Of a stretch of 64,000 nucleotides of DNA, positions 26,752-40,421 are shown piece after piece. Numbering within the stretch: the stretch's first letter is position 1; every line of letters starts with the position of its first letter. Source of the DNA: Amoebidium appalachense (taxonomy: Eukaryota; Protista; Ichthyosporea); NCBI GenBank assembly GCA_963693365.1, contig CAVNZM010000005.1:3843716-3907715 (forward strand). Reading direction: 5' to 3'. Position numbers and translations under genes: made by a program. The notes beneath the pieces are model-generated. The model saw only the letters and a program-made list of their open reading frames with translations, was not told the DNA's origin and did no database searches.

Positions 26752-28204
26752 AAGAGGGAAAGAGAGAGAGGGAAAGAGGGAAAGAGAGAGAGAGGAAGAG
26801 AGCGGGAGGGGGTGAGAAAGAGGTCAAGAGCCTGAAGCCTTCGGTGAAAGGGGTTGGAAGGGGGGAGGGGGAGGGCGACGCCTGAGAGGAAGGTGGAGAC
26901 AGTTTGGGGTGGAGGTTGGGTTTGGTTTTGGGTTTGGGGGGGGGGAGGGGGAGGGGGGGTTGACTGAAATACTTGTGTCAAGGTCCCCTTAAGCTTCCTA
27001 CATTCCCGACAGGCATAAGCCATTTACAATGCAGGATACCTCTATTGCAGCATGGTCATGTTTGTATGGAGCTTTTCCTTTGTCCTCACCCCCACCACCA
27101 CCACCACACACCTGCCCACCCACCCGCTTTTTTTGTGTGTGTGTAAACTGGTGAACAGGGCGGGGAGGGGGGAGATTGGGAGGGGGGGAGTTGGGAATGG
27201 GGTCGACAAGAAAAAGCTCTTCGTTGAGTCCTCAAAGGACCTGGGAATATTTGGGGGGTAGGGGGGAGAGGGGAGGGGGGGGGGGAGGAGGGGGAGCGGA
27301 GAAGGGGGGGGGGGGGGGGAGGAGGGGGGGGGGGAGGAGGAGGGGGAAGGGGGGGGGGGGGGGGGGGGGAGTATGCACCCACAATAGTTTGACGAGGCTG
27401 CATTTTGTTCATTCAAACACTCATAAAAGTGCTTTCGGGAATCAGAAATAGTTGCAACAACAATCCTACCCCCCCCCCCCCCCCCCCCCCACCCCACCCC
27501 CACACCCCTTTTCCACCCCGGCAACCACCAAGCAATCTTCCCGGCCCCCCCCCCCCCCCCCCCCCCCCTCCCCCCCCCCCCCTCCCCTCCCTCCCCCCCC
27601 CCCCCCCCCCCCCCTCTCCCACTCCCACACACGGGCCCTTCGTTCAAATTCAATGTGGAACGTGGGACTCTGGTTGTATTCTGTAAATATGGCCAGACAA
27701 AATGTAACATGTGTGCCGCCACACAAAAATTCCCATGTGTGTCTGTACACACATACAACTGAGAGGGTAGATGTGGCCCAAGGTATGCGAGTTGAGGAAA
27801 CTTGATCAAAAACACACTCCTGCACGATTATGGTATTATTGAATGCAGCACACAAATTTTTGCGATCAAAAGTCACAGCACCATTGTGGACGTGCTTTGT
27901 GCATAGTCCAAGTCATACCGTCGACTTGTGCATCATTCGTAAAAATTTATCATGTGCACTCACAGACACCAAACCACATGCACACAAAGTCACGATTACC
28001 TATTCGGATTAGAGTGGCGGAGTGTGTGGATCATCGGATGAGCAAGGGTAGTGATTGAGGGAGGGATATGGGGATTGGAGAGGAGATGGGGGAGGCGGGT
28101 AACTTGCGTGCAACTGCAAGGCGGGGGAAGGAGGGGGGGGGGGGGGGGGGGGAGGGGGGGGGGAAGGGGGCAAATGGTTGTGTGTCTGTGTGTGCGTGTA
28201 AATC

Positions 28205-28295
<91 letters not shown>

Positions 28296-28901
28296 GTGTG
28301 TGTGTGTGTGTACGCGCGCGTGGACGCGCGCACACGTGCACATGTGCTGAGGTTCAGTTTGACAGTCGTCCCCTTTGGGCCTCATGACTCAGGCGTGAGT
28401 GCCACAGCCGAACTTTTTGGCCCACAGGGCCTAAAACATATCAGGCTGTTCAATGATAATAATAAGTTTGGAGCCTCGCCGGGGCCCCGGCGTGCATGTG
28501 TGGCGCAGCTAGCTAAACTTTCTTGCCAAATTTAGCACCTTCCCCCTCCCTCCCCCTGCTCCAACCCTACCCGGCCCAGGCCATTCTCTTTCAGGATATC
28601 CGAGAGCACTTTCTCCTGTGCAACACTACAGCAGTAGCAGTTTGTCTAACTAATAATTAATAAGTGATCTGCTGTAGCGCGCAAAACATCAGTGTCTCTG
28701 GCAGTGCGCCCCCATACATAGCCTGGCAGCCCATACGGGCGAGGAAAGACACCGTATTCCAGTTTATTATTATATATTTGCTTAGCCTCAACTAATCTAC
28801 CCCCCCCCCCCCCCCCCCCTCCCCCACGCCCTCTCCCTACCCCCCCATCCCCCCGCGCTTCCCCCCCCCCCCCCCCCCCCCCCACCCAGCCCTCTCGGGG
28901 G

Positions 28902-28976
<75 letters not shown>

Positions 28977-30031
28977 ATGTACCCCACCGGCACCGTGACT
29001 CCAATTGGAACTCCCCGGCCTACAATACCAGGAGCCTCAGCACACAACCCGCTGCCCGACACCACAAAAGATCTTCTCAAACCCTGAATTCTCTCCCCCG
29101 CCCCCCACCCCCTTCCCACACACACACACCGTGTACCGCGTTGTGTGTGCTAATAGGCCTAAAAATCATAAAATGAACGTATATGGTAATCATAACCCTT
29201 AGAAATATTATTTTGCGCTCAAAATCATATTACTGTGGGTGATGTGCCTCTCTATTTTACTTTATGCTGTTAGATCCATTTATCATGTATTGGATACATA
29301 TCTGCCGTGGACACTGCCGGAGGCCAGGCCGCCCAGCCACATATGCATATACATTCGACGGCCTAGTAGCCTACTGCGTTTTCCAGCGCAGCCAATCAAA
29401 TGCAGTCAGTGACATATGTGCGTACATGCTAGGCAACAATGAGCGCCATCGTAGTATATGACACCCCTATTACATATTATGGGTAAGCAGAGGCTAGATG
29501 ATCGGTAGCTCCGAAAGATAGTTAAGGCACCGGATCACAATATCATACTGTGCAGCATTAATAAGGTGATCTATAGTCATCTTAAAACGGATATATTGAG
29601 GAAGCTGAGAGGAAGAAAAGAGAATAAAACCGCCAATAACCTCCGGTTCTAAAACGTTAGCTAACAGGTTGCACTTATTGATAGATTTGCAGCCGCGAGT
29701 AAACCGCCCCCCACACATATTACACATACGAGCAGGAGACACCAGAAACCTTATGTTCGCGACGGACCTCGGCACTAGGTAGCCGTAGCCGTAAAGCATC
29801 GATTTTGCAAATCGGCAAGATCCGATCATGAGTTTTAACAAATTAACTGTCGGCAAACCCTCACCAACCAATCAAATGACTGTACGGGTTTACTGCTTAC
29901 CAATCCCATCGCTCCAGATCCCTCTCGTTTTCAGGTGCGATATGCCGCCGCAAAATGGCCAACGGTGACTCCGAGTGACAGGCTGGGAGTCACTGCAGCC
30001 CGATAACGAAGTTCGCTCGCATGCACCCTAA

Positions 30032-30090
30032 TCAAGGCCTCCTAAATAGCACACCCTATTTAGGAGGCCTTGCTATTTAGGAGGCCTTGA
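30032..30090. repeat. Perfect inverted repeat with a duplicated right arm
   Basis: caaggcctcctaaatag (30033-30049) is complementary to ctatttaggaggccttg at both 30056-30072 and 30073-30089. Confidence 0.9.
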
Positions 30091-30283
30091 CCCTGATTGC
30101 CAACACGTGACACCGGGCCCATATGGCCAAATCTCATAAAAAGTTGGTCTGAGCCAGTGGGTGCGGCTATCTTTGTTTTCATCGACGAACACTCGGTCCC
30201 TCTGTTAAGACTGATCACACGCAACTCATAGCCTTGATCGCCAGTCGACGCCAGAGTCATTCGATTACTGCAATGTACACGAG

Positions 30284-30329
<46 letters not shown>

Positions 30330-30378
30330 ACACACACCACCACCACCACCACCGGTGACACCGCACACTTTTTTTTTT

Positions 30379-30430
<52 letters not shown>

Positions 30431-30515
30431 CGGGCATTGTGTGTGTGTGTGTGTGCGTGCGTGCGCGTGTGTGTGGTGTCTTTTTTTTTTTTTTACCGAC
30501 AAGGCGCGGGTGGAA

Positions 30516-30546
<31 letters not shown>

Positions 30547-31805
30547 TGGGCCAGTTGAATCTGGGCTAGTCACCGCGGAGTTGACAACTTCATTCCGATC
30601 CATATATGCACCCCAAGTGGGCACCAACCCACCCATCCACCCAACTTGTTTCAGTTCACGAAGGGGTGGGGCTTGCCTGCCCAGGCAGGAGAAGGAACAC
30701 AGGATCATGATGTCCGTACATACAGATATACAAAAAATATCACAGATAATTGGATAAACCTGGTGCTTTTGGATACACAAGTTTCTGTTTACAGTTACAA
30801 CAGTCTTTCCTGTTTATCTCACACGTTTCTATCTCTTGCATGGTTTTTAGGTGTATGCTTCTTGTGTTTCACATTTAAGCCACCACACAATAAACTCCGT
30901 CGCAATACACGCAAAACACACAGCAGCTACCAGTCTCCTGAAATTTCCGTGTGAAAATTGGTGTATCCCATTCGTGGCCGATTTTCATGACATTATCTCG
31001 ATCACCAACCCCACGCATGCGCCTCAGTTTAACGCCTCCTCCAAATGAAAGCGAGGGTGTTGCTAAAAAATACAGCCATACAGAAATTTACGCGCCCATC
31101 CCCATACATACCAATGCCCCTAGCAACCAATAAGAACGCTCCGTTAAAATGTTCCGGTTGTCAAGACACGACATAGCAATCCACACTGGGCTCCAGAGAG
31201 CAAAACGAACAAAAAAAGAGAGAAAGAAAGAAAAAACGGGCAGGCCACAAAAAGAGCGAAACAAAAAGCAAAAAAAGAAAGTAAAACAACCACAAAATCG
31301 CCGTACACACATACAATAGATGTACACACTGCCAGCCAACATATACAATAGGTGTACACATTGCCAGCCAAAAGCAATAACAACACCACGCATGGAAGTA
31401 AAAGCAACAACACACATTCTGTCAAATACACACAGCTGATTTCAAATCTAGTGCTCTCTGAGGCATGACATCAGGTCAATGGAAGCCATAGTTAGACAAA
31501 CCAAAAAACCAACATAACACGAACGCCAACAGAGACAAGATGTGCAGATATCAGCGAATAATTACATAGCTGAACATAAGCAGGGCACACCACATCGGCC
31601 CCTACCAACCAACCCACACACCACGGGTCAACCTGCAAAAGATAACAAGCCAAAAGAGTCAAAAACACAGTTGCAAAAACAACCATGACTCCCACAACCC
31701 TAACTCAGTTTAAAAGCACATTAACAGGGACCAACCACCCAGCGTTAAGCGGCATCAACGACTACACGAACACACACATGAGCACACACACACGTACACG
31801 TACAC

Positions 31806-32567
31806 TCAGGCACCGGCCTTGTCCCCATTAGGCATCTTGAATGGGGGTGCATTTGCCGTCAGTGTCGACACGGCTACTTCCCCCCCACCAGCTCCTGACT
31901 GTTGCTTGTCGGCACGTCTTTCCCCGGTGGCACCTTGGCTGTCCCCACCCCGTTTCCCTGCTGTAAAGTGACAACAGGTTAGTTGTGTTCACAGGAGGCT
32001 ATGTGGCCCTCTCCCTCTTCACACACAGACACACACACTCTCTCTCTCTCACTCTGGATGTGTGTGCGCCCGCTTGCTCCGGTGACAACAAATGTTTATC
32101 ATTTCAAATCGTGTGTTGTACAGGGGTAGTGCAGAGACCAACTACTAACCAAATCCCCCCCCCTCCCCCCCCCCCTTTCTTCTTTCACGCAACACAGACT
32201 CCCATTTACCAACACACACGAGAGTCGACATGAGTCATGACACAAATCTATTTCCTTGGATGCCTTTACCCGTTCCTTCTTTTTGTTGTGAGAGGCAGCA
32301 TGGGAGGAGAGATGGCTTTAGGTGAGAGGAAATGTGGAGAAGCCACAACAAAGAAGGGGAGATGGACAGTGGGGTCGACGGCATGGGGAGAAAAGAGTAA
32401 AGGAGCGAGATGGCAGTGAAAGCAAGCACGCAGCGAACAGAATGAGTGAGTTGGCACAGGCGAGGATGTACTTCTGGTGCTTGTGCGCGTGTCGTTCTGC
32501 ATGTGTCTTTGTGTGTGTGTGTGTGTGTGCGCGCGCGCGAGTGTGTGTGTGTGTGTGTGTGTGTGTG

Positions 32568-32602
<35 letters not shown>

Positions 32603-32670
32603 TGGTGTGCTTGTGTTTACGTGTCCGTCTGTGTGTGCTTGTGTGTGTGTGTGTGTGTGCATGTGCCTGT

Positions 32671-32702
<32 letters not shown>

Positions 32703-33383
32703 ACGTGTGTGTGTGTACGTGTGTGTGTGTATGTGTGTGAGCATGTGTGTGTGTGCACATGTGTTTGTATATGTGTGTGAGCATGTGCATGTGTGTAGCA
32801 TACATTGGGCTGAGCCCGTATTGGACTGGTCCCCTGGGCTCACCTCACGACTCAGCAGCCACGGCTCCATCTCCCGAAGAACACGCCGGTAGGTCTGTGT
32901 GAATGGCCGTGTGAGAAGAGACGGATAAAGGGCGGGGGGAGGGGGGGGGGGGGGAGGGGAGGGGGAGAGGAGACGGATGAAAGAGAGGGGGGGGGGGGGG
33001 GGGGGAGGAGAGACGGATAAAAGAGGGGGGGGGGGGGAGGAGAGGAGAGACGGATGAAGAGGGGGGTTTTGAATGCGTCAAAAAGTACGAAGTACACAAG
33101 AACAAACGGATAACACGATGCAGAATGCAAGCCATACATAAAGAGTATGCATAATAAGCAGAGCCCATCCTCAGGGGGGGCCCACGTCATCCACAGTACC
33201 CGAGTTTCGACCTATTCCCCTCGTTAACGAAACCCAACTCAGATACTGTTTCACGGATGAAGAGGGGGGGGGGGGGGATTATGCATGTTCGCCTGAATGC
33301 ATGTCAAGGAGCTTACTTACGCACCTGATCAACTCTTTGTTTTTTATATTATCTCCATTTTTTTCCCTTTTTTTTTTTTTTTT

Positions 33384-33414
<31 letters not shown>

Positions 33415-33534
33415 GGGGGTAGAGACGGACCATAGCAACCATGGGTAAAGCCTCTAAGTTATTCACACTTCCGATCCCACAATCCTCCTTTCCGAATAAA
33501 TCCCTGCATGCTTTTCCAAGTACACTGTGTGTGT

Positions 33535-33600
<66 letters not shown>

Positions 33601-35346
33601 TGGTGATGGTGGTGGTGTATGTGTCTGCGCGCGCGCGCGTGTGTGTGGTGTGTGTGTGTGTGTGCATGTGTGTTTGGGGAGGGGGGCAGGCGGGGAGGCG
33701 GGAGGCGGGTATGCATGGGGGTTACATACAGCAGGGAGGTTCGGGTGCACGGCCAGCCTCGTGTCGATATTCTGCTGAGCCTTCATGGTCTGCAGCAGCC
33801 TGTCGACTGCAGGGGAGCCAAGAATGAACCTCTGCTCGTTGGGCAGGGTGGCACCCCTGGGCACACTGTCTCTGATGATGGCCCCAAACAGGGAGGCCAG
33901 GCTGGGGTACATCTTGGCCTCCTGCGCTGTAACGTCTACGGCCATGAGGAACGTCTCGGCTATCTCACGTGCAAGTCCGAGCTGTTTGTTGTTGGCGGGA
34001 GGAGGGGTTAAGGTGAGTTTGAGTACGAAGTACATATTCATGACGGACAACACAATGTAGAGTGCAAACCACACAGAATATGCATTCCATATCCCCCCCC
34101 CCCCCCCCCTCCCCCCCCCCAAAAAAAAAAACAAAAAAAAAAACAAAAAAAAAAACACTCGTCTCTTTTTTGTTGCCACACTAACAAGCCAAACTATGCT
34201 GTTTCGTGTCCATGCAACAAACGATTTCCGTGGTGAAGAGTTCATCACACAGTCATGATGTGTGCTTCTTTTCCAAATGCATTTCTGCTTGCATCTGTTT
34301 GGCTAACCCACAGACATACGACGCCGACTGAACACGGAGCTAAATCTCCCGTTGTTCGATGAGATGTGCGAGTCCCCATACCTGCATGCCCATCCTATCC
34401 CTGTGTGTGCCTGTGCACCAACATGTACAAACATGTCAAAACACGACAAACACACGCTGCACAAACCACGAAACCCACCCAAGCACCCCTCGAACATACC
34501 TGGAAGCACTCGAAGCTGTAGTTCTGTTCGTGAGCCAACACCCCGATACACCCAACCAGGTTGTGCACGACATATGGCCGGTAGAAATTGCTGCCCCTGA
34601 TTGGCTCCTTGCTGCGCCCATTGTTGTGTGCTACGTGCGGCACAGACGCCTCAGAGGGTACATCGGTCCAGTTGAACCGACGGGCCCAGTTGAGCATGCG
34701 CACGGCAGACTGTGTGTGTGCATGGACGGGGAGGGGGGGGGGGGGGGGGGGTTTGAATGCGTCAAAAAGTACGAAGTACACAAGAACAAACGGATAACAC
34801 GATGCAGAATGCAAGCCATACATAAAGAGTATGCATAATAAGCAGAGCCCATCCTCAGGGGGGGCCCACGTCATCCACACGGGGGGGGGGGGGGGGGGGG
34901 GGGGGGACGTGTCTTTGTACGTGTGTGCGTGCACGGACAGGCGGGGCCGGGCTGCCGGGGGATTGGGGGGGTAGGGTGGTGGGGGGGAGGGGAGGGGGGG
35001 GGGGGGGGGGGGGGTTTGAATGCGTCAAAAAGTACGAAGTACACAAGAACAAACGGATAACACGATGCAGAATGCAAGCCATACATAAAGAGTATGCATA
35101 ATAAGCAGAGCCCATCCTCAGGGGGGGCCCACGTCATCCACAGTACCCGAGTTTCGACCTATTCCCCTCGTTAACGAGGGGGGGGCTGGTTAGGGAGCAG
35201 AACACGGCAAGAGGTATAAGTAAACGATGAGAAAACACGGTGCAACGCACATGCAAAGAAAAACATTCCAGTTTGGGGGGGGGGGGGGGGGGGGTAGGGG
35301 GTTGAGGGGGTTCTGCCCGTGCTTATAAGGATGTGTTTGCGTGCGC

Positions 35347-35390
<44 letters not shown>

Positions 35391-35508
35391 TATGTGTATG
35401 TGCGTGTGTGCTCCCGGGGTGTACTTTCGGGAGGTGCCTGCTTATGTAGATGTGTGTTTTTGTGTTTTTGCGTGTGTGTTTTTGCGTGCATATGTGCGCG
35501 TGTTTATG

Positions 35509-35567
<59 letters not shown>

Positions 35568-36688
35568 TAGTTGGATGAGAAGACGGAACAGTTATTCTAA
35601 TGTACAGAATCTATGTTACTAACAGATACAAAGAAAAGAGAAAGGTTGAGGAGACGGTGCAACTGCAGCGCTCTCTCTAGAAAGGCCTAAGGGAGAGAGG
35701 ATGGCCGGGGGGGGGGGGGGGGGGGGGGGGTTTGAATGTGCCATAAAGCACGAAGTGCACACGAACAACGGATAACACGATGCAGAATGCACCTGTATAT
35801 CCCGTGCAAAATTAACGAATTGATTGAATGCCCAAAAGGGATAGAACATGATGAGATATACCTGAGCGGGAAGAAGACGGCGCAGGTCGTCGTGAATGTC
35901 GTATGTGAGGGTCTTTGAGCAGGCCCACTGGAAGAACGCCTGTGTGTGCGTGTGTGTGTGTGCGTGCGTGCGTGTGCGTGTGTGTGTGTGCGTGTATGTG
36001 TGAGTGTGTGTACATAGTAGGTGTCCAGAGCCCCAGGCAAGCGGGGAGTGGGGAAGGGGTGAGAGAGAAGGGGGGATTGAGACGGAGAGGACTGAGAAAG
36101 TTGGAGTGGGGGGGGAGGGGGTTGGGGGGGGGGGAGTGAGAGTGATTCAGTGCTTGTGTGGGTGCCCCACACAGAGGAGACGGGGGAAAGAGAGGAGACA
36201 GAGAGAGCTCCACGGTAAAGAGAGAGCAGAAAGAAAGAGACGAAACGAGAGAGAGGGGGTCGAGGGGGGGGGGGGGGGGGGGGGGGTTTTAATGCGTCAA
36301 AAAGTACGAAGTACACAAGAACAAACGGATAACACGATGCAGAATGCAAGCCATACATAAAGAGTATGCATAATAAGCAGAGCCCATCCTCAGGGGGGGC
36401 CCACGTCATCCACAGTACCCGAGTTTCGACCTATTCCCCTCGTTAACGAAACCCAACTCAGATACTGTTTCACTTGAACATGAGTAGGTCACCCGTGGGG
36501 GGGGGGGGGGGGGGGATGTATGTGTTAGAGGGTTGGAAATATGGGGGAGACAACAAAGGGAAACAACAAAGCGTCACAAAAGTGGGAAGCCCAAAATCAA
36601 ACTTGAGTGCAGGCAGAAGACACTTGGGAGGCGGGGGGAGTTAAGGGGGAGGGGGAGGGTTGCACTGGGTGTGGCAAGAAATCAAGAG

Positions 36689-36731
<43 letters not shown>

Positions 36732-39700
36732 CAACAACAACAACACCAGGAAAAGTATTTTTTTTAGTACCCCTCATTTGCTGTTGGGCCACAACACAAT
36801 CAGTTTCTCAAGTTTTCCTTATTTCTCTCATTTCACCTCAATCAATGCCCTCGACTTCTCTCCACTCTTTTTGCTCCTTTTCCCTCCGTGCAACCTCCAC
36901 TTTCTGCCTTCTCTCTCTCTTTCTCCCTCTCCCTCTTCTCTATGCCTGTCTGTCTTCTCCGTGTGTAAATGTATGTATGTGTGTGCAACAGAGACGGTGT
37001 GTGTATGTCTGTGTGCGTGTATGTGTGTGTGTGTATGTGTATGTGTGTGATATGCACGTGCCGGCATGTGTCGGCATGTGTCGGCATGTGTCCGGGCGCC
37101 CGTGAATGTGTGTGCACGCACATGCCTCTCCATCCTCTTCCTCCTCCCTTTTTTCTGTCTGCACACCATCACGCTACCTGTGAAGCCAGCAGCAGCTGTA
37201 TAGGCACCATGTTGTAGTCGGGGCATGCAAAGTACTGCCCTAGCACAGGCAGGCCCCCTGCCTTGAGCAGACCCGCCTCTATCTCGGCCCCGTCCTCTGG
37301 ATCCAACATCATCATAGCCAACAGCTGGAAAACCAACCGGCATGCCTCAGAATTCACCGCGTCTTCGTTCAGAGAGCGCAAAACCTTCCCCATCGCCGCA
37401 GAGTTGATCAACTGGTAGTGAATGAGCGCTTTCCCTTTCGTCTCCGACATGACAAGGAGTGAATCAGCAAGCAGGATCACTTGATTGGTGTAGAACTCGG
37501 CGCCGGGATCCTGGCAGGTGATGATTGGATCGAACGACAGAAACGCCCCGGAATCCATAAATTCCTTCTGGAATGTGGGGCGTTTGTGAATGTCGCAATA
37601 CTTGACCAGGCAGTAAAGAATCTGCACAGCGTACGCGCGGTACTCCCACCCCTCGCACCTCATCAGACCCTGCGTGAGCGACCACAGCGCCTCCGAATCG
37701 AGGGGCTGATCCTTAAAGAAGGCAATGTCCGCCTTCACCGTCATCACGTTAAATACCATGTCGCACGTGCCCCCAAGAGCCATCACCGCGTCCATATTTG
37801 GGTTCACAGCGTCGACATTTTTACGCACCAGGGCGGTGATAAGCGAGAGGCATTTCGCGGCGAAAAACGCAGCGCGGGCGGCGGGTGAGCGCAGGAGGGG
37901 GGGGATGAGGGCCACGATAAGGACTTGGCACTTGAAACTGAACAGGGCTGGGGTTTTGTTGCGGAGGGCCATCACTACGGCCTCGGCAATACCAGCCTGT
38001 GGGAGTGGTGGAAGAGAAAGCGGTAAGGAGACGATTAACAAAAGAGGACAGAGAATCAAGAGGAAAAAAGTGTGTGTAAGCAAATGTATGTTTGTGTGCC
38101 GAAGTGTGGACATGCGCTATTCCTTTCTTTTACCCCTTTCCCCTCTTCTTTCGTTTTTTATTCTATTCTTTTTCACTTTATGAATTGTTTATGATCTTAT
38201 TTTATTATTTTATTTCGTTTTTTTTTTTTTTTTTTTTTTTTTTTTGGGGGGGGGGGGGGGGGGGGAGGGGGGTTTGGTAGAAATAAGGATGTCAGCATGC
38301 GAGCTTATGCCGAAGACGGTAGAGTTTTTCGTTTCAACCATGTGTGGCTTTCCTAGCTAAAACCTTCCCCTCCCCCCTCTCTCTCTCCCCCCCCTCCCCC
38401 CCCCCCCCCTCCGCGTTTCTTGTTTTTCCGCTGACATGAACTTAGCCCCCCCCCCCCCCCCCCTGCTCCTCCTCCTTTCCTTTTTGTTTTGGCCCCACCC
38501 GAGGGCAGATGTGGGAAGTAGAGGGATTCAACAATTCTTGTAAATATAAACCATCAGCAAAAGAAAGCGAATACTAACATACCGGAAACAGCAACAAACA
38601 ATCAGAAAATACCTAAACAGCTTTTCTTCTAAACCAAGAATTGCAAAACCAAAACACAAACATTGTGTTCACGAATATCTACCTTGACTTTAGAGAGCTC
38701 GTTTTGCTTTCTCCCATGTGTTCCACACACAACAAGTGTGTCAACACTTTTCTGTGTGTGTTTGTGCTTGTTTTTGCGTGTGTATGTGTGTGTGTGCGCG
38801 CGCGAATACATGTGCACGTTCTGTGTGTGTGTGTGTGTGCTTGTTTTTGCGTGTGAAAATGTGTGTGCGCGCGCGCACAAATGCACTTGTGTGTACATGT
38901 GATGGCCTTAGATCACTGTGTAAGCATTACCTCACACAGGGTGGGCAGCAGGTCAGGGATGCATGCTATCTCGTGCAGTTCGGCAATCAAAATGCTCCGC
39001 TCGGCCTCATTGTTAATCCCAAACACCTTCCCCGTCAGCAGGTTGACCTTGTGCGTCAACATCTGCACAAGCGGGAAAAAACAGGGGGGGGGGGAGAGAA
39101 GGAAGGAGGGGAGGAGGGGGAGGGGAGGGGGGAGAAGTTGAGAGGTTAGAGTGTGTTACAGCATACAGGAACTCAACCAGCTACAAGCAACAAGGGGATG
39201 ATCGAAAGTGTACATGCACAATCAAAAACATGGAGCCAAAATAAAGCCTAGAGGGAGCGAGCGGGTGAGTAAATAAAACAGTTGTGTGGGTAATTTTTCA
39301 TTTCTTTGGGGGGGGAGGGGGGGGGGGGGGGGGGGGGGGCTCTGGCATGGGAAGAAGGCAGAGAACACACCGGTTTCACATGGCATGTGCTGGGAATGGA
39401 GTTATGGGTGTGATGTGCCCATGTGTGCATGCAAAATCAGGACATACGAGATGTTCAGGTGCTTATGCGTGATTTATCATTCTCTCCGTGTAAGTGCGTG
39501 GTGTCTCCGTGTGTATGTGTGCATGTGTGTGGGTTGGTGTACCTGCCTGTGTGCACAGGTGCATGTGGAAAGAGTACACAAGCACATACTTGTGAAGTCT
39601 GGCACGCTTGGATATGCCATAGTGTTCGCATGAGTGCAGGTTTACTCGTGGTCGTTGCGAAAGAATGACAAAGCAAATGCTGGTTTGTGTTCGTGTAGAA

Positions 39701-40252
39701 GGTTGCCAGTGAAGGTGTGGGGTGGGTGAGGTTCAAATAAGGGTGTGGTCAGAGTGGCGTGGGAGGGGGTGTGAGGTGTGGGTGGGTGAGTGAGGGGAGG
39801 GGGGGGGGGGGGGGGGTACAGTCATGCTCCAAACGATTCGTGGTCAACAACAAGGGGTCGCACCCGGACATACATTTCGTCTATGGTTGGCAGCAGAACG
39901 AAAGAGGGACACTTTAAATTTTCCCTACAAATGTGACCCTTGCATCACTACACATGTTTTCGTTGGTGAAAAAAGATCGATGCACAAGGACCAGTGAGCC
40001 ACTACGACCAGCAACCCTCTACAGAACAAGAAATGTTCAGCCAGAAAAATGAAGTAAATGCAGAGAGGGGATGCCCACCTGCAGAAGGTTTTCATGGTCC
40101 AGAGTCTTGAGCTGGTGTGAATTATGCGTGCATACTTCCCCGTTTACCGTAAGGATGGGGCGTGCATAGTAAGGCCGTTCATTATCGTCTGTGCCGGATG
40201 CAGCTGTGCTGGCCCCATCTTGCTCTGGCGCCTTTAAATTTGGGGCAGCCAT
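31806..40252 (-). CDS. Unknown predominantly helical (ARM/HEAT-like) protein, about 636 aa, with a C-terminal PAM2-like motif
   Basis: GT-AG, phase-consistent exons: 40252-40079, 39062-38931, 37996-37178, 35939-35862, 34709-34500, 33981-33730, 32894-32804, 31960-31806 (TGA). Repeated ARM-like segments ([27 protein letters not shown]) and C-terminal [13 protein letters not shown]. The gene model is well supported; the fold is inference. Confidence 0.75.
33068..36473 (-). mobile_element. Dispersed ~185-bp intronic repeat: five copies in three introns of the ARM-like gene
   Basis: Copies at 33068-33254 (full), 34752-34879, 35015-35177, 35731-35790 (short, diverged) and 36287-36473 (full). All share one end next to a G run and differ in length at the other end. 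Confidence 0.7.
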
Positions 40253-40389
40253 TTCCTTAAAAAAACCAGCAACCAAGAGCTCACAAAGCTATATGATACA
40301 AGTAACACCTAAATGAATGAGGGAAAGGAAAATTGTTAGAAACTAACAGGACAAAAAGGGGGGGAGGGGGGCTCTCTCCCTTTCGCGAA

Positions 40390-40421
<32 letters not shown>

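Noticed and set aside
33160-33254. Hammerhead ribozyme in the intronic repeat (CUGAGGA and CGAAAC on the minus strand)
   Set aside because: Stems I and II cannot be formed around the core motifs in any hammerhead topology I tried.
33068-36473. CRISPR-like array
   Set aside because: Repeats are about 185 bp, irregularly spaced and separated by host exons; the context is eukaryotic with no cas genes.
36474-36500. Micro-exon next to the repeat copy (GTGAAA donor-like)
   Set aside because: There is no AG acceptor, and the flanking exons already join in phase 0.
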